NCBI GenBank assembly: GCA_016748015.1
Contig: JAAOMT010000193.1
Coordinates: 186,001-250,000 of the forward strand
DNA length: 64,000 nucleotides
Direction of reading: 5' to 3'
DNA from: Geosiphon pyriformis uo1
Lineage: Eukaryota; Fungi; Glomeromycota
The translations under genes and the position numbers were made by a program. Under the pieces are notes generated by a model. That model saw only the letters and a program-made list of their open reading frames with translations, was not told the origin of the DNA and searched no databases. This document shows, piece by piece, positions 51,143 to 64,000 of this stretch (the first letter of the stretch is position 1; the number at the start of each line of letters is the position of its first letter).

Positions 51143-51785
51143 TGTTATGGGTTAAAGTAACAAGCTAACAGATAACAAAAGAGAACAGGATTGTAGGGTG
51201 ATAAAAGGAATCAAAGAGAATTCAACTTCAAAGAATGAATTGAATGAGTAAAGATTCAATATGTGAGATTAGTCTTATAAAATATCTCAGTTACTATACT
51301 TTTCAAAAAGGTAACTGGAGAATTTGAAGGTAGAAAGATAGTCCATACTGTCAATAAATAATTACACACTGGTATAATTCTATGTTTCACATTGGTGCTC
51401 TTAGAATTCAATATCAGATATTAGATATACTCTTCAGTTACATTTTATTTAATAATTTTTAAATACTGCAATTATATGTTTCAGAAAAAAAGTAGAAAAT
51501 AACCAACAAGTAATCTTTTATCCCAAGATATTCAGATACTTGAAAGTAAAGAAAGGAAAATTAGTGATAAGAGAATAATTAAGATGAAAATTGTTATTTT
51601 ATTTTATTTTTTCTTTGATTTTTACATGTTTTTTTACAGCTAAAAAATTTATTGCTTATATAGCTATCAAAAGTGGTCAATGATTAGGTTAATGATTACT
51701 ATTTAAAAATAGAGTGGCTAATTATATGACATTAGTGGCTAATACATGTGATAATTAATAAAAAATATAGATTTCAACCATAATA
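51143..51785 (-). repeat. 3' LTR of C2
   Basis: Homologous to 8363-9012 and 59114-59729. Confidence 0.92.
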
Positions 51786-51799
51786 TTATTCTTTCTAAA

Positions 51800-52410
51800 G
51801 AGATTAAGCTCTGGTAAAATCAAGCTATTTATAGTGTAATCTATTTAAAAAGTTTTATCTAACTCAAAGCTAATTAGTTTGTTGAAGTCTTTTGTAGATA
51901 AAGTATATAATACTTAAGATAAAATAAGTTTTGTATTCAAGAGACCAAATTTTTGTATTAAAGTTTTGGTTTTTTTAGCAATAGTTAAAACTCTTAGAAC
52001 ATCTAACTATATAATGCCTAAAATTTCTGCTTGTATCTCTGAAGTTGTTTTTTTATGAGTTTCATATCCTTTATGATTTTTCCAAGGTGACTATAGAATT
52101 CTAATTGTCTTTCATATGACAAGTTTTTGTCTATGAATAAAATTTTTTGGAGTGTTTTTCCAATTGTGTTAAAAGGTGGAATTATAGCTGCTGTTATACT
52201 TTTTAACAGATATTTATCTATTTTGCTACCAATTTTTTCTCTTTTGGTAGTGGTTTTTTTTGGTCTAATAACAATATGTGTTCTATTGTTATCAGTTATG
52301 GTGGTTTGTTTTCCAATAATCAGAGTAGCATTTGGATAGTTTTTGATCCAATACTCATGGAAAGTATAGAAAGTGTTTTGAATGTTTTGATCCAGAAAAT
52401 AATTATTCAT
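51800..52410 (-). pseudogene. Unknown ORF between integrase and PPT of C2
   Basis: 130-aa open stretch 52018..52410; the frame appears to continue past a stop towards the PPT. Contains FYSHLG, resembling YYQLG in the family A extension. Confidence 0.6.
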
Positions 52411-55400
52411 GTTGATTTAAAGATATCTCTGTTTTGGAAATGATGCATTTGTTTATACTTGATTTTTGCTGATTATTTGGATCAGTATTACTACAACAAA
52501 CAACCAATTAGATCGTTTATAATATTTTTTGAGTCGTGTATTATGAACAGGATAATTATTAAAGATTGTTCCAGATTGAGCTTAAAGAATATATAAGAAC
52601 CATTGTTCAAAACTTTGTTGACTAAAAAGGGTTTTTTTTACTGGTTAGAGAATTTATTACCATAAACATTGTCTCTGTCTGAATGGTATTTCAATACCAA
52701 ATCATTAACACTTAAAGACAGTGTTTTATAGGTTTTTTTTTTCTTTTTCTTAAGCTTTTCTTGAAACTGTTTTATCTTTTCAAAAGCAATTATTTGTGCT
52801 TCTACTAAGAAGTCAAGAATGATACCAAGTTTTCTTTGCAAAATATTCTTGTAATTTCCTATTGTAATTTCTTTAAAGGGTATTATCTCAATGTTAATTT
52901 CTATTAGTAGTATTGTCATGTGTTCATAAAACAGATAAAAAGATTCATAACTTGTTATATCAAGATTCACAGTTTTATAAGCAAACAAAGCTAAAAGCAG
53001 TATTTTGTTCTATAAGTTTGTTTCTTCATTGGTTTTGGCTAAGGTTTCACATAATGTTTTATTAAAACATTCCACTAGGTTATTTGTTTGAAGGTAATAG
53101 AGAGAGAAAAGTTTGTGACATATTCTCATTTTTCTGCAAAGTTCTTCAACCAGTGTACTGAGAAAAGCTTTTTCTTTATCAGATAAAAGTTTCTTGGAAC
53201 AGCCATAACAGTAGATGATATCTTTATAAATGAAATTGGCTATTGAGACTGCTGTTTGATCTGAGGTGACTTTTGCTTCTACTCACTTTGTAAGATAGTT
53301 AGTAGCTGTAATAATGTATTTGTTACTATCAAGAGTTATTGTTAAAAGTCCAACAACATCTATACTAATTCTGTTAAATAATTGACCAACAAAAATTGAA
53401 TGGATATCTTCTTTGTGATTAGGTTTGTCTTTTCTTTGGCAGATGTTATAGGTTTTAATGTATTCAACAATGTTTTTTCCTAAGATAGGCCAATAATAGT
53501 AAGCTAAGATTTTTTAAATTGTTTTGTTTTTCCAAAGCGTCTAGCTAATGAATTAGTATACATGTTGTATATTACAATTTCTCTTTTTTTAAATCTGGTA
53601 ACTCTTTGGGGACAGTCAGGATCTTTTTTGTTTTTTTTATATAATTGGTTCTGGCAGATTAAATAGAAATTTGATTGTTTGCACAAATGTTTTCTTTGCT
53701 ATCAAGTGTATTCTAGTGGATATTGTCCTTTACCCAAAAATTTTATTAAGGCAGAGTAGTTGTTCAAGTCCATTATTGTGTTTGTTAAAAGAAGAGTTAT
53801 TAATAATTAAGTTGGTTTGGTTTGAGAAACTTGTACTGTTACTGAATGATAAGTCTAAAAAAAGTGTTAGTATTTTGATGATTTGCTCTTTTGTAGTGTT
53901 AAATATTATAGTTGAATTCATCCAAGTGGAGTATTTAGCAAGTTATTCATTTGTGTTCCAGCTTTTTTTTATTGTGTAGCCAAACCAAGACTTGATGATC
54001 TGTTACTACTAAGAATTTTGCATCAAAAAGATATTGATCCTAGTAACTAGTAGTCCAAACTACTGCTAAACATTCTTGTTCAGTAACTAAATAGTTCTTT
54101 TCTGTTAATATGAGGGATTTACTGGTATATGCTATGGCATGTTTTCTGCCATTTTTATCTTTCTGTAAAAAGACAACACCAAGTTTATAGCCAAATGTAT
54201 TAGTGTGGAGAATAAAAGGTTGGTCCAGATTAAGTTGCTTAAGGATTGGTTTAATAACAAGTTTTTCTTTTAGAATTTCAAAAGCTTTTTGTTAATAAGT
54301 GTTTCAATAGTAATTAACATTTTTTCTGAGTAGCTGAGTGAAAGGAAAGACAATTTTGGAAAAATCTTTGATAAATTTGCAATAGTAAGAAGCTAAACCA
54401 AGAAAAAAGCATAGTTCAGAAACATTTATTAATTGTCTAATGTTCTGAACTTTTTCAACCTTAGCTAGATTAGGGAAGATTTTATTTTTTATAATAAGAT
54501 AACCAAGGAACTGGGTGGATTAACATCCAAAGAAAGATTTGATTGGATTAATCTTGAGACCAGCATTTTTGAACAGGTCAAAAACTTTTTGTAAGTGTTT
54601 AAGATGTTCATCTCAGGTTTTTAAGTATACCATTATGTCATCTAAGTAGACCAGAACAAAGTTTTTTTTTACTGATTTAAATACTTTGTCTATTAAGCAT
54701 TAAAAAGTAGAAGGGTCATTAATAAGACCAAAAAGCATAACTGTGAATTTATAAGTGCCATACTTGGTAATAAAAGCAGTTTTCTTTCTGCTTTCTAGAT
54801 CTATCTCTATTTGTCAGAATCTAGCAGTTAAGTCAATGGTTGAAAAGAAAGCAGCACTATTGAATTTATCTAGCATTGTATTAATTTTAGAAAGTGAATA
54901 TATGTTTCTTATAATGATGGCATTTAATTGGTGATAATTAACATAGAAGCATAGGATTCCACTTTTCTTGAATACTATTACAACTAAAAAAGCTTATTCA
55001 TTCTTGGTTTCTTGTATAAATCTAAGATCTTTTATCCAGTTTATTTCTTTCTTGATGAACTCATCATTGTGTTAATTGGATTGATAAGGCTTCAAATAAA
55101 TATGATGAGTTTTTTTTGTGGTAATTGTATGTTGTATCATATGAATTTATTTAGGGGTATCACTTTCTTTTGAAATAACTGGACTATTTTTAGCCAACAG
55201 TTTTTAATGTCCACTTTTTTTTTTTCAGAGGAAGGTTCTCTTTGTTCTACAACTAGTAATTGGATTTTAAGTGGTTTATTCTTAAAAGACTTTTGTACTT
55301 CTTTTAGTTCTTTTCTGAGTATCAAACTAATTGGCTCCCAATTTTTGTAATAGATCAAACAGAAATTGCATTCGTCACTAGAAGAATAGAAAAGTTTATT

Positions 55401-57183
55401 GCACCAGTACCTGGCACAAAAGCTATATCACCAATAACTGTATTTTGCTTTCTTATCAAGTTTTCTATTAAAGATTCTTTTGAAAATATTATAGTAGAGC
55501 CAGCAAATTAGCTTGCCATTTACCATGATTTTTTTTTTGTTAGTTTTAATATTGTTCAATAGCTTGCTATTGCTGGTAAAAATAGTATAGGTGAATTTAG
55601 TAGTTTTTTTTTGTTTTTCTTGATCTTTTTTTTCATTGCTCTCATCATCATCTGATTCATCTGATTGTTCTTCTTCTTGGTTTTGCTTGGATACTGAAAA
55701 GATTGTTCAATAATAGTATTTAACCACAATGGGCTTTTCACTACATTTGATGATTAGTTCACAAAGTTTATAGTCAAATAATGCTTTGGCTTTCTTGAGT
55801 TACTCATTGTCAACAATTATGGTGTACTTTTTTGCTTCAGATACATCCATGTTAGTTTCAATGCTGATACTATTAATGTGAATAGGAACAACTTTGGCTA
55901 TATTTAGACCTTTTTTTTTGTCACTATATATATTGATCATTGATTTAGTTGAAGGTTCATCAATCTTTCTGCCAATTGCTTCAAGGAAATGTTTGGCTAT
56001 AATGCTAACAGATAATCTACTGTCTAAAATCAGATCAATAAAATAACCAGCTATTTGGACTTTACAAATTAGAGAAGTAACATTGCTGTTGTCAGCAAGT
56101 TCAGCTTGGCAAAAGTGCTTGTTGGTTTTTGGAGTCTTCTTCTTTAAGATCAATGATTTGTGAAAATTTTTTTTAAACTATGAATGGGTTATTAACTGGC
56201 CAAAAGTAATATGTGTTGGAGTTTCTATAAGATCTTTCACAACAGAATAAGATCCAGATTTTTGTACAATTTCTGGGGATTCTAATTTTAGAGAATTCTT
56301 AAAAACTTTAGCCTTTAATAGCTTATTGTTATTAGCAATAGAACTTAAGGCTTTGTTAAGATCTAGAATAAAATCAATTTTGGCTTTTTTCTTCTTTTTT
56401 GTTGAATCAGAAGTGTTGATTGCCAGTTTATCCATATTATGGTCATCATCAATTAGATTAAAGATGTAAAAGGGGTTTTTTTCTGGTTGGCTTGTACTTT
56501 TACTCTTTAAAGGTGCACCTACTAGTTTAAAAACTAATAAACAGTAGCTTTAACTAGAGAATTTTCTTTAAAAAAATTGATGTTGGCATGATTGGATCTT
56601 TGATTAAGAATATTGTTGTTAATAGTTCTGTTGTTTTGATTATTATTGTTTCTAAGAGCTAGAGATGGCAAAAGAGAATTGTTGCAATCTCTTGAAAAAT
56701 GTCCAGTTAATCTATAGTGGTAGCACACAGGTGTGCTATGATTTTGTTGTCTTTAGTAAGAGGGCTGTTGAGGCTGATTAAAATGTGGTTCAAATTTAAG
56801 TCTCTGTAGTTGTTGGTTGTCTCTGATTGCTTGGGCTAAAGATTTTAATAACCAAGCAAAATTTGCTGTAAATTTATCTATCAACTGTTTATTTGGGTTT
56901 TGAATTTGGGTGGCAAAAAAAGTAGCAGCAATTTGTGAAGCAGGAGCCATAACAGGAGCAGAAGCAAAAACTAAAAGAGTAGATCCCAGATGCATCCTTT
57001 GGTTATCTTCTATTCTCTGGGCAAGTTTAATAGCCATATTCATTATGGAATTATTTTTTAAGACCAGGAGGGACCAAAGAGCATATAACAGATCTGTTCT
57101 TAATTTTTTTGTAAAGAAATGAATTTATTGCTCTTCTGTCCAGTTTCTTTCAGAGTTTACTCTTTTAATTAACTTTTTAATGG

Positions 57184-58168
57184 TGTTATGGGTAATCTGA
57201 GTAAGGTATGGTGGTAACATTTGGTGCTCTAGTTTTTGGTTATCTTTCAAGGTTGTCTGCTTTTTTTGCCATGTTAGTGTTATTAGTCTCTGAAGGTCTA
57301 TTCCTAGATGTAAATTTACTTATTGAGTTCTTTGGTTATAAGGCACAGAGTTTGTTTTTCATCGATTACAACATTTTCTATAAATATAAGCTTTCTTCTT
57401 CACACTAATGAGCACAGTTGTTAGGGTCTGGTGTTGTTTTTTCACTCTTCTGGTAAGCTACCAAGATAATGTTAATATCCAAAACTTAGGGGGAGCTTTT
57501 CTCTTTTATCAAGCTATCATGAAGTCTATTCCAAGACAGTTAATTTTCTTATGTTGCTGTTCCAAATAAGAAGAAAAAAAAGAAATAAAGAAAGAAAAAG
57601 AAAAGAAAATAAAGAAAGAAAAGAAAAAAAAAGAATTAGTTCCCATCAATCACTATAATCAAGAGTAATTGGTCCAAATTGTTAAGAGTTTAAGGCATTT
57701 ATGCTAGTGGCATCTGTTCTGAAACACAGATAAAAAATACTGATTTTAATTTCAATTTAATTCATATGATTGGAGAACATGAATTGGTAAATTGGATTTT
57801 GTTTTAATAATTATTGTATTTTGGACTATAGATATATGATAAATATAATACAAAGTAAAATTTATTACTAACTACTTGTCTTTTCAACTTCTACAATTAC
57901 TTGCTTTTATATATTTTTTTGGTTCTACAGAATTGCTTTCAATTGCTTCACTATTGCTAGCTATTGCTTGTTATTGCTAGCTATTGCTTGTGTTTATTAG
58001 TTATTGCTCACGTTTGTTAGCTATTGTTCATGTTTGTTAGCTATTGCTTATATTTGTTAGCTATTGCTCATATTTGTTCTGTGTTACCTCACATTATACC
58101 ATATTTTTCTTGTCATGTTTTTTTGTTATGTTTTTCCATAGCTTTTTGGTTTTTCTACTTGAGTAACA
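57184..58168 (-). mobile_element. Solo LTR, family D, inserted in gag of C2
   Basis: TGTTACTCAAG...CCCATAACA on the minus strand, perfect TSD ATGG. Gag reads EYAKT|IKKLIKRV across it. GCTATTGCT tandem repeats at 57950-58080. Confidence 0.92.
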
Positions 58169-59113
58169 ATGGTTTTGGCATATTCAGTTACCACTTTACC
58201 AAGACCTTGAGTTCTTTTTTCTAGTTTTATGTATCATTTAAAGATTAAAATTGGAGTTCTAAATTTAGTTTCAAACCAGATTGTAAAAGAGGTGTTTTTT
58301 TTTTTAACATTTGTTGGTGCCCATTTAATGATTCTTTGGTAAGTATTAGCATTAGTTTTTTGTAAGAACCAAGTAGTAGAAAAGTCTTGAAAATAGCCAC
58401 CAACAATTTGGAACTTGTATTTATTATAATATTGGTTGGCTGTAGCAGCTCTTTCAAAGTTATCTAACCATTCAATTAGATCTTATGCATCATCTCTAAA
58501 TAAAGGTAGTGGGATGTTATTTCTTTGCTTTAAAGCAGTTTGTATGCCCTGAATGACGATTAGAATATTTTGTTACATGGAGTTATTAGCCATTGGTTTA
58601 AGAATAGCTGTTTGTGTGGAATGTTCTGATTCACTTGAAAAGATATTAAAAACAAAAGCAGTTTGATAGCTTTTTTCTTTTGTTTCAAGAGAAGTCTTGA
58701 CTAATTGATGGGCAGCAATTTAGATGTGAATTTGATGATTCAAATATTCAAAATTAAGAGGCTGTTGTTCAAAGATTGTTGAGTATAAAAGTTGATTGAT
58801 GCTATTGTTTCTTTTTTTAAAGTTGTTTTCAAAATAAGCTTGATCAAAGTAATAGGTCGTATAAGCTATATAAATTTTAGTTGAATGCTCATTTAAGAAC
58901 CAGTTTCAAAAGTCTTAAAATTGTTAGCTGAATTGTTTTTCAATAGAAAAGCAAATTAAGTAAGAGGACAAAAGATATAGTTCAATAAAGTCTAGATCAT
59001 TTTTGTTGTGTGCTTCAAAGTATTTTTCTGATTGTTGTGGCAGATATAAATAATCATTCATACAATAAGAAACAAAGTAGATTTTGACAACCTCACAAAG
59101 AGCACCACTTTTA

Positions 59114-59729
59114 TGTTACAGGTTGGAATAACAAGTTAATAGATAGCAAGGAAAAACAGAATTGTAGGATGATAAAAAAAATCAAAGGGAATTTAACTTC
59201 AAAGAGTGAATTAAATGAGTATGGATTCAATATGTAAGATCAGTCTTATAAAATATCTCAGTCACTATACTTTTCAAAAAATAATTGAAAAATTTGAAAA
59301 TAGATGGATAGTCTGTACTGTAAACAAATAATTACACCTGGTATAATTCTATGTCTCATGTCAGCACTCTTAGAATTCAATATTAGGTATCAGATGTACT
59401 CTTCAGTTATGTTTTATTCAATAATTTTCAAATGCTACAATTACACATTTCAGGAAAAAGATAGAGAATAACCAACAAGTAATTTTTTATCTCAAAATAT
59501 TCAAATACTTAAAGATAGAGAAAGAGAAATTAGTGAGAAGAGAAAGATTGAAATAAAAGTTGTTATTTTATTTCTTTTATTTTTTTGATTCTTACATTTT
59601 TTTCTACAACTAAAAGATTTATTGCTTATATAGCTATTAAAAGTAGTCAATGATCACTTTCTAAAAATAGAATGGCTAATTATATGACATTAGTGGCTAA
59701 TACATGTGATAATTAATAAAAAATATAGA
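59114..59729 (-). repeat. 5' LTR of C2, truncated at its outer end
   Basis: Matches 51143-51771, then switches abruptly to kelch coding sequence. No TSD matching ctat. Confidence 0.88.
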
Positions 59730-61422
59730 ACATTCAATGATACTTATAAGTAACATGTAAGAAATAGAAATTTATCTGTATAATTTTTTAGAGTTAATAA
59801 GAAAAAAATCAAAAAAGATAAAGAATTGAAAATGGGAATTTCAACATTCTTTCTTATAATTAGGTTATATATGTATGGAGGAAACAAAATCGCAACCAAT
59901 GGAACCGTATTAGAAAACGCAACAACAGAGCTCTGGGCACTTAATATGTCAATACCTTTTTCAGTAGATTCACCATCCTGGAAAAAGCTTAATGAATTTG
60001 AATATTACCAGAGTGAATTACATTCAGCTAACATAGGTGGTGCCGAATTTAAAGAAATGTTTATTTTCAGTGGTCGTACATCTCAACATCCACCACCTCA
60101 GAATTCAATGCGTAAATTTGACCTAACATCTGAAACTTGGGGGATCCCAAATTTTTTACTAACACGCAGATTTGGACATTTGGCAGTAATTAGTTTTAAT
60201 GAGCCAAAAATTTATTTTTTTGGTGAAGGGGTTGATGAAAAAAATAACACAAAAATACTAAACGATTTGGTGATTTATGATTCTATATTGAATAAATATA
60301 CGAATTTTATAAAAAATAATTCTCTAGCGCCAATATTAAGACATACTGCCACTTTATTAAGTGATGGAAAAATGTATGTTCTTGGTGGAGCCTTTGCTTA
60401 AAACGTTTATAATTTCTCCAGTATGTCTGACATATATGTATATGATACATTTACTAAAGAATGGGATCGAAAGGTTTTTCATCTGCTTAAAGAAACTTAT
60501 TCATTAATTTGTTTTTTAAAGAGTTCAAGCTAATCCATGAAAATTAATTATGTTTCAAGGTTGCAGTGGGGGATGTACCAGCAGCACGAGGACTGCATAC
60601 AGCTATTAGTAGTAAGTAAAGAGTATTTATTATGGAAACTTCCAAACTTACCAAAATTCGGAAGCTTTTATTGTTGTTAATCTTTTTTTTTAAAATCTAA
60701 TTAGCTCCGAATAATACTATCATCATTTTTGGAGGGATGGAAACGAATACAACATGGGCTCCAAACAATTTGATTATCTTAGATACTACTAAAACAAAAT
60801 TTGTTTGGAAAATACAAAACACAACTGGAGAACCTCCATCTGTAAGAATTCTGCATACAATGACCATAGTTGGAACAAATATCATTATGGCTTTTAGTTA
60901 GTTATATTTATATCGCTTGAAATATTATTAAACACATTGAATATTTATTTATTTTGATTATAATTTTTGAATGTGCTAGGTATCAGTGTGAGTATTCAAT
61001 TTAGAGCCATTTCTGAATCTAAAATTTTTTCGAATATTAAAATTTTAAATTTTAAAATATAGAAACCATTTATCTAATATCAGCAATTTTGGGTCTTAGA
61101 CCTGATAAATTTTAATTGGACAACAAAATATGAACCTAATGCATTGAAACTCACAAAATATCCCCTGAAATATCAAAACTCATCTGAAATCAAACCCAGC
61201 ACAGAATCATCTTCATCTTCATCTTCATCCTCATCTTTATCCTCATTCTCAACAACAATCAATATAACTATTATCATAATATGCGGTGTTTTAATTCTTT
61301 TGGTTTTTGCAATATTGATGCTTAGATATTTCAGAAAACCAAAAAGCCAGGAACTAAATGAAGGTAATTTCACTTTGTCATCTTCAAGTTTTGATAGTAA
61401 TTACCGTAATCGATCATGTTGA
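59728..61422 (+). pseudogene. Kelch-repeat (galactose-oxidase-like propeller) single-pass transmembrane protein, 5'-truncated pseudogene
   Basis: Predicted exons 59728-59756, 59864-60473, 60560-60611, 60705-60896, 60980-60987 and 61063-61422 with GT-AG introns. Repeats HSMILISNMLYMYGG, RHTATLLSDGKMYVLGG, RGLHTA..IIIFGG. Ser-rich stalk and TM helix followed by RYFRK. In-frame TAA at 60399 and 61075. Confidence 0.85.
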
Positions 61423-61504
61423 TCTCCAGTCTTTATGTATCCAAATCTCTTAAAATCATAATAAAATAAAAATACCATACACCTTTTCCAAATAAATATT
61501 GTGG

Positions 61505-61940
61505 TTTGTTAAGCTTCTTTAGTTACTCTGACATGGCCATCATCAATGGGTACAGAAAGGGCTTTTTTTTGCTCAAAATTCAGCTGATGATGATACTTGA
61601 TATCTTCGGCTAGATTTTTTGCTGGCAAGTTCTAAAACGGCTAAATTGAACAAGTCGATCGGAAAAAAAAGATAAGATACCTAAATCTTCCAATGATATG
61701 CTATTATTGTTAGAATCCTGAATTATAAAACATTTGAAAATTTAAAGTAACATTAGAAATATCATAAAACTAGTCAAAAAAATATTCACTTTTCATCTCA
61801 GGCTCAACAACTTTCTTGCGTGATTGCCTTTCCGACTCTTCTAGACTACCAAAGTGAATTCTTTGCTTTGAGCGTTTTGTTTGGGACGACTCAGCCACTC
61901 TCTTTTCTAACTTACTATCAAGAAACCATGGTATAATTTA
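61505..61940 (-). pseudogene. Possible 3' fragment of a convergent gene
   Basis: CpG-retaining, higher-GC segment with an open stretch (WFLDSKLEKRVAESSQTKRSK...) and GT/AG-like boundaries. Exon phases do not reconcile cleanly. Confidence 0.3.
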
Positions 61941-64000
61941 GTTATAGAATTTACACATGAACTTTGAATTTGTGTAAAATTAAGATTATTTTTGGCAAAA
62001 GTTGCAGCCTGTTTTTATTTAACAAAAGGGTCTTTAATAGTTAAAATACCACTGGCTGACTTTTTATATTCAATTGATTTTCTTAGCAAGTCAACCAATA
62101 ATTTTGGCTCAGGTTCAAGATATCATTTAAATTAAGAAAATATTAATTAACAAAATATTTTTTATTAAAAATGACAAATCAACTTTTGATTTTAACTTCT
62201 AACAAATTTTAATGCTAGATTTTTTTTTATTAATTTGGAACTGGAAAACAAAATGGCAAGAGAAACAAAACATTATCCCTTGCCTGTAGAAAAATTTTAA
62301 CCAATAAATGTTACGATTTGATTTTGCATGGCATTGCAAACAGTTTCAAGTTAAAATATTATTGCCAAAATCTTAAATGCTCTTGGAAAATAGAATGATT
62401 TTTATTATTATTAAGTCAAAAGCAGACATTCAGTTAATAACTTACTTATCTCAAAGCAAAAGAATATCTTATACAGCCTTTGAACAAGTCAAGTCACCAG
62501 CAAACAAATTTTTTTAATTTGTCCCATTCAAAATGCTGGATTTTTTGCATTAAGTTGATAAAACTTGATCTAGTATCTTATATATAAATCTCAATATTAT
62601 ATTTAATGTTAATGTTATAATATATAAATTACTTGGAAAAATGATACTTTTTAATAGATTGCAATCAATATAATATTTAATCTTTGCATATATCAATTAC
62701 CTTTTTAAAATAACAAATATATTGAATAGATTATGACAACCAGAATTTAAGCCAAAAACCGAAATTTTCAAAAAGCATTGTAGCTATAAATTGTGTATGT
62801 TTCTGATACATATTATATAAATTAAAACAAAACTGAAAGCAAAGAAAAATATAAGGGAATTTCTTATAACTAAATTATAATCTAAAATAAAATAAAATAT
62901 TTTTTATCTCATATTGTGAATATTTTAAATGTATATGACATCAAAGCCAAAGCTGAAAATAATTTTGAAGCCATTATTTTATGATTATATAATTATTTAA
63001 ATTAAAAAATTTATTCCCAGTTTTTTTCAAACAAATTTCAAATTAATCAAAAATTAGCCTGATTTAAATTTTAAATTCAAACATGCTTTCTATCAAGCAT
63101 AAAATTGCTGTTTATCATCTTTAGAACTTAATTTACAATAGTGAAATCAAAAAGTTGATGAGACCTTAAATATTATGCTAAAATTTGAAAAGTGTTTTTG
63201 TTAAAATCTTTAATTATCTAAGAACCTATTATTTACTTAATATTAAAAATATAGTGGAAATAATTTTGAGAGCTAAAATTTTTATAAAAAAATACATTAT
63301 ATATAACTGAGGAATTAATTACTATATATTACTTATTGTCTGTGCACATTTTTCAGCTTCGTAATTGAATGTACATAAATTATTGAATTGATTTCAGTTA
63401 ATTAAACTTAATCCAACATTTTAGAAACTTATAAATAACATTAATTATAGTGCTTAAATACTTTTAATTATAAATAAAATAAATTTCGCTAATATAATAA
63501 TACCTTTACTTAATATATTTTTAATAAATAATATTAATTTAATAAAATTTAAAATTAATTAAACATATTCGTAATTTTTTATAAAAATCTTATCTACATT
63601 TATTGTTTTATATAAATTAATAACATAACTATGGTATTAAAATTTTACAACATAATTGATTTTGAATTAAATAAAAAGATTTCCAAAATATAAATTTTAA
63701 AACTTGTATCAAAGTATATTTAAGAATATGGATTTTTCTAATCAAAATAATTTCTAATTAAGTTCATTAATATTTTTTATTGCCAATTTAAAAAATATAA
63801 ACTCAAAAGTTAGAATTCAAATATTTAGTATCTTAAATGTAAATATGCTTTACACATTAAAAATTAGCTTTAAAAACAAACAAAATTTAAAACTGTTCAC
63901 ATTTAAAAAAAATTCTTATTTGAATATTACAATTTAGAATTTTAAACTTCAAAATATTATTTTTTAAAAGTGTGTTTATTAATTAAAAACAGATATTTTC

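Larger units (their letters stand above)
51143..59729 (-). mobile_element. Ty3/gypsy family C copy C2, near full length, decayed
   Basis: 3' LTR 51143-51785 with PPT 51786-51796. 5' LTR 59114-~59729 (outer ~14 bp missing). PBS TGGTGCTCTTTGTGAGG 59091-59107. Knuckle CYHYRLTGHFSRDC ~56685-56725, PR LILDS ~56030, RT LVYLDDIM ~54630-54657, RNase H ~53950-54250, integrase 52510-53773, extra ORF 51800-52410. No dUTPase. Confidence 0.92.

Noticed and set aside
59746-59755. ATAAGTAACA looks like the outer end of a family A LTR
   Set aside because: It is better explained as kelch coding sequence (I-S-N) just before a GTAAGA donor. No TSD match and no further LTR homology.
59826-59863. ORF-track start MKMGISTFFLII as the kelch N-terminus
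   Set aside because: It lies within the predicted intron 59757-59863; the kelch motif is completed by the upstream exon remnant.
61950-64000. AT-rich tract, possibly an eroded transposon (similarly 12950-14180)
   Set aside because: No recognisable motif, terminal repeat or ORF could be supported by eye.

Overview
AT-rich eukaryotic (fungal) DNA, most likely Glomeromycotina (inferred from element style, short AT-rich introns and gene types). About 85% of the window is a deeply nested stack of decayed retroelements. Family A is a Ty3/gypsy group with five copies (A1 1-7524, A2 15646-21160, A3 24630-35364, A4 37014-47816, A5 36762-51142) plus a solo LTR. Its layout is long Gag extension-Gag-PR-Cys-rich region-dUTPase-RT-RNaseH, then a stop, then a separately initiated integrase with a ~230-aa unknown C-terminal domain. 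Family C is a second gypsy family (7525-9012, 51143-59729). There are also three other solo LTRs, an LTR-derived fold-back element with ~75-bp terminal inverted repeats, and RNase H-bearing LINEs. Junctions, 4-bp TSDs, PBS and PPT signals are readable and give nesting up to six levels deep. Host genes are a coiled-coil/CRN-like kinase (11694-12763, spanning an N gap) and a 5'-truncated kelch-repeat transmembrane pseudogene (59728-61422). The main novelty candidates are the split pol / stand-alone integrase architecture, anti-PBS sequences inside three LTR families, GC-rich YR-centred (often CpG-centred) target sites, an AUG-less in-frame Gag extension, a covarying palindromic-loop LTR hairpin, and pervasive C>T/G>A hypermutation. 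All calls come from manual reading; no database searches were run.
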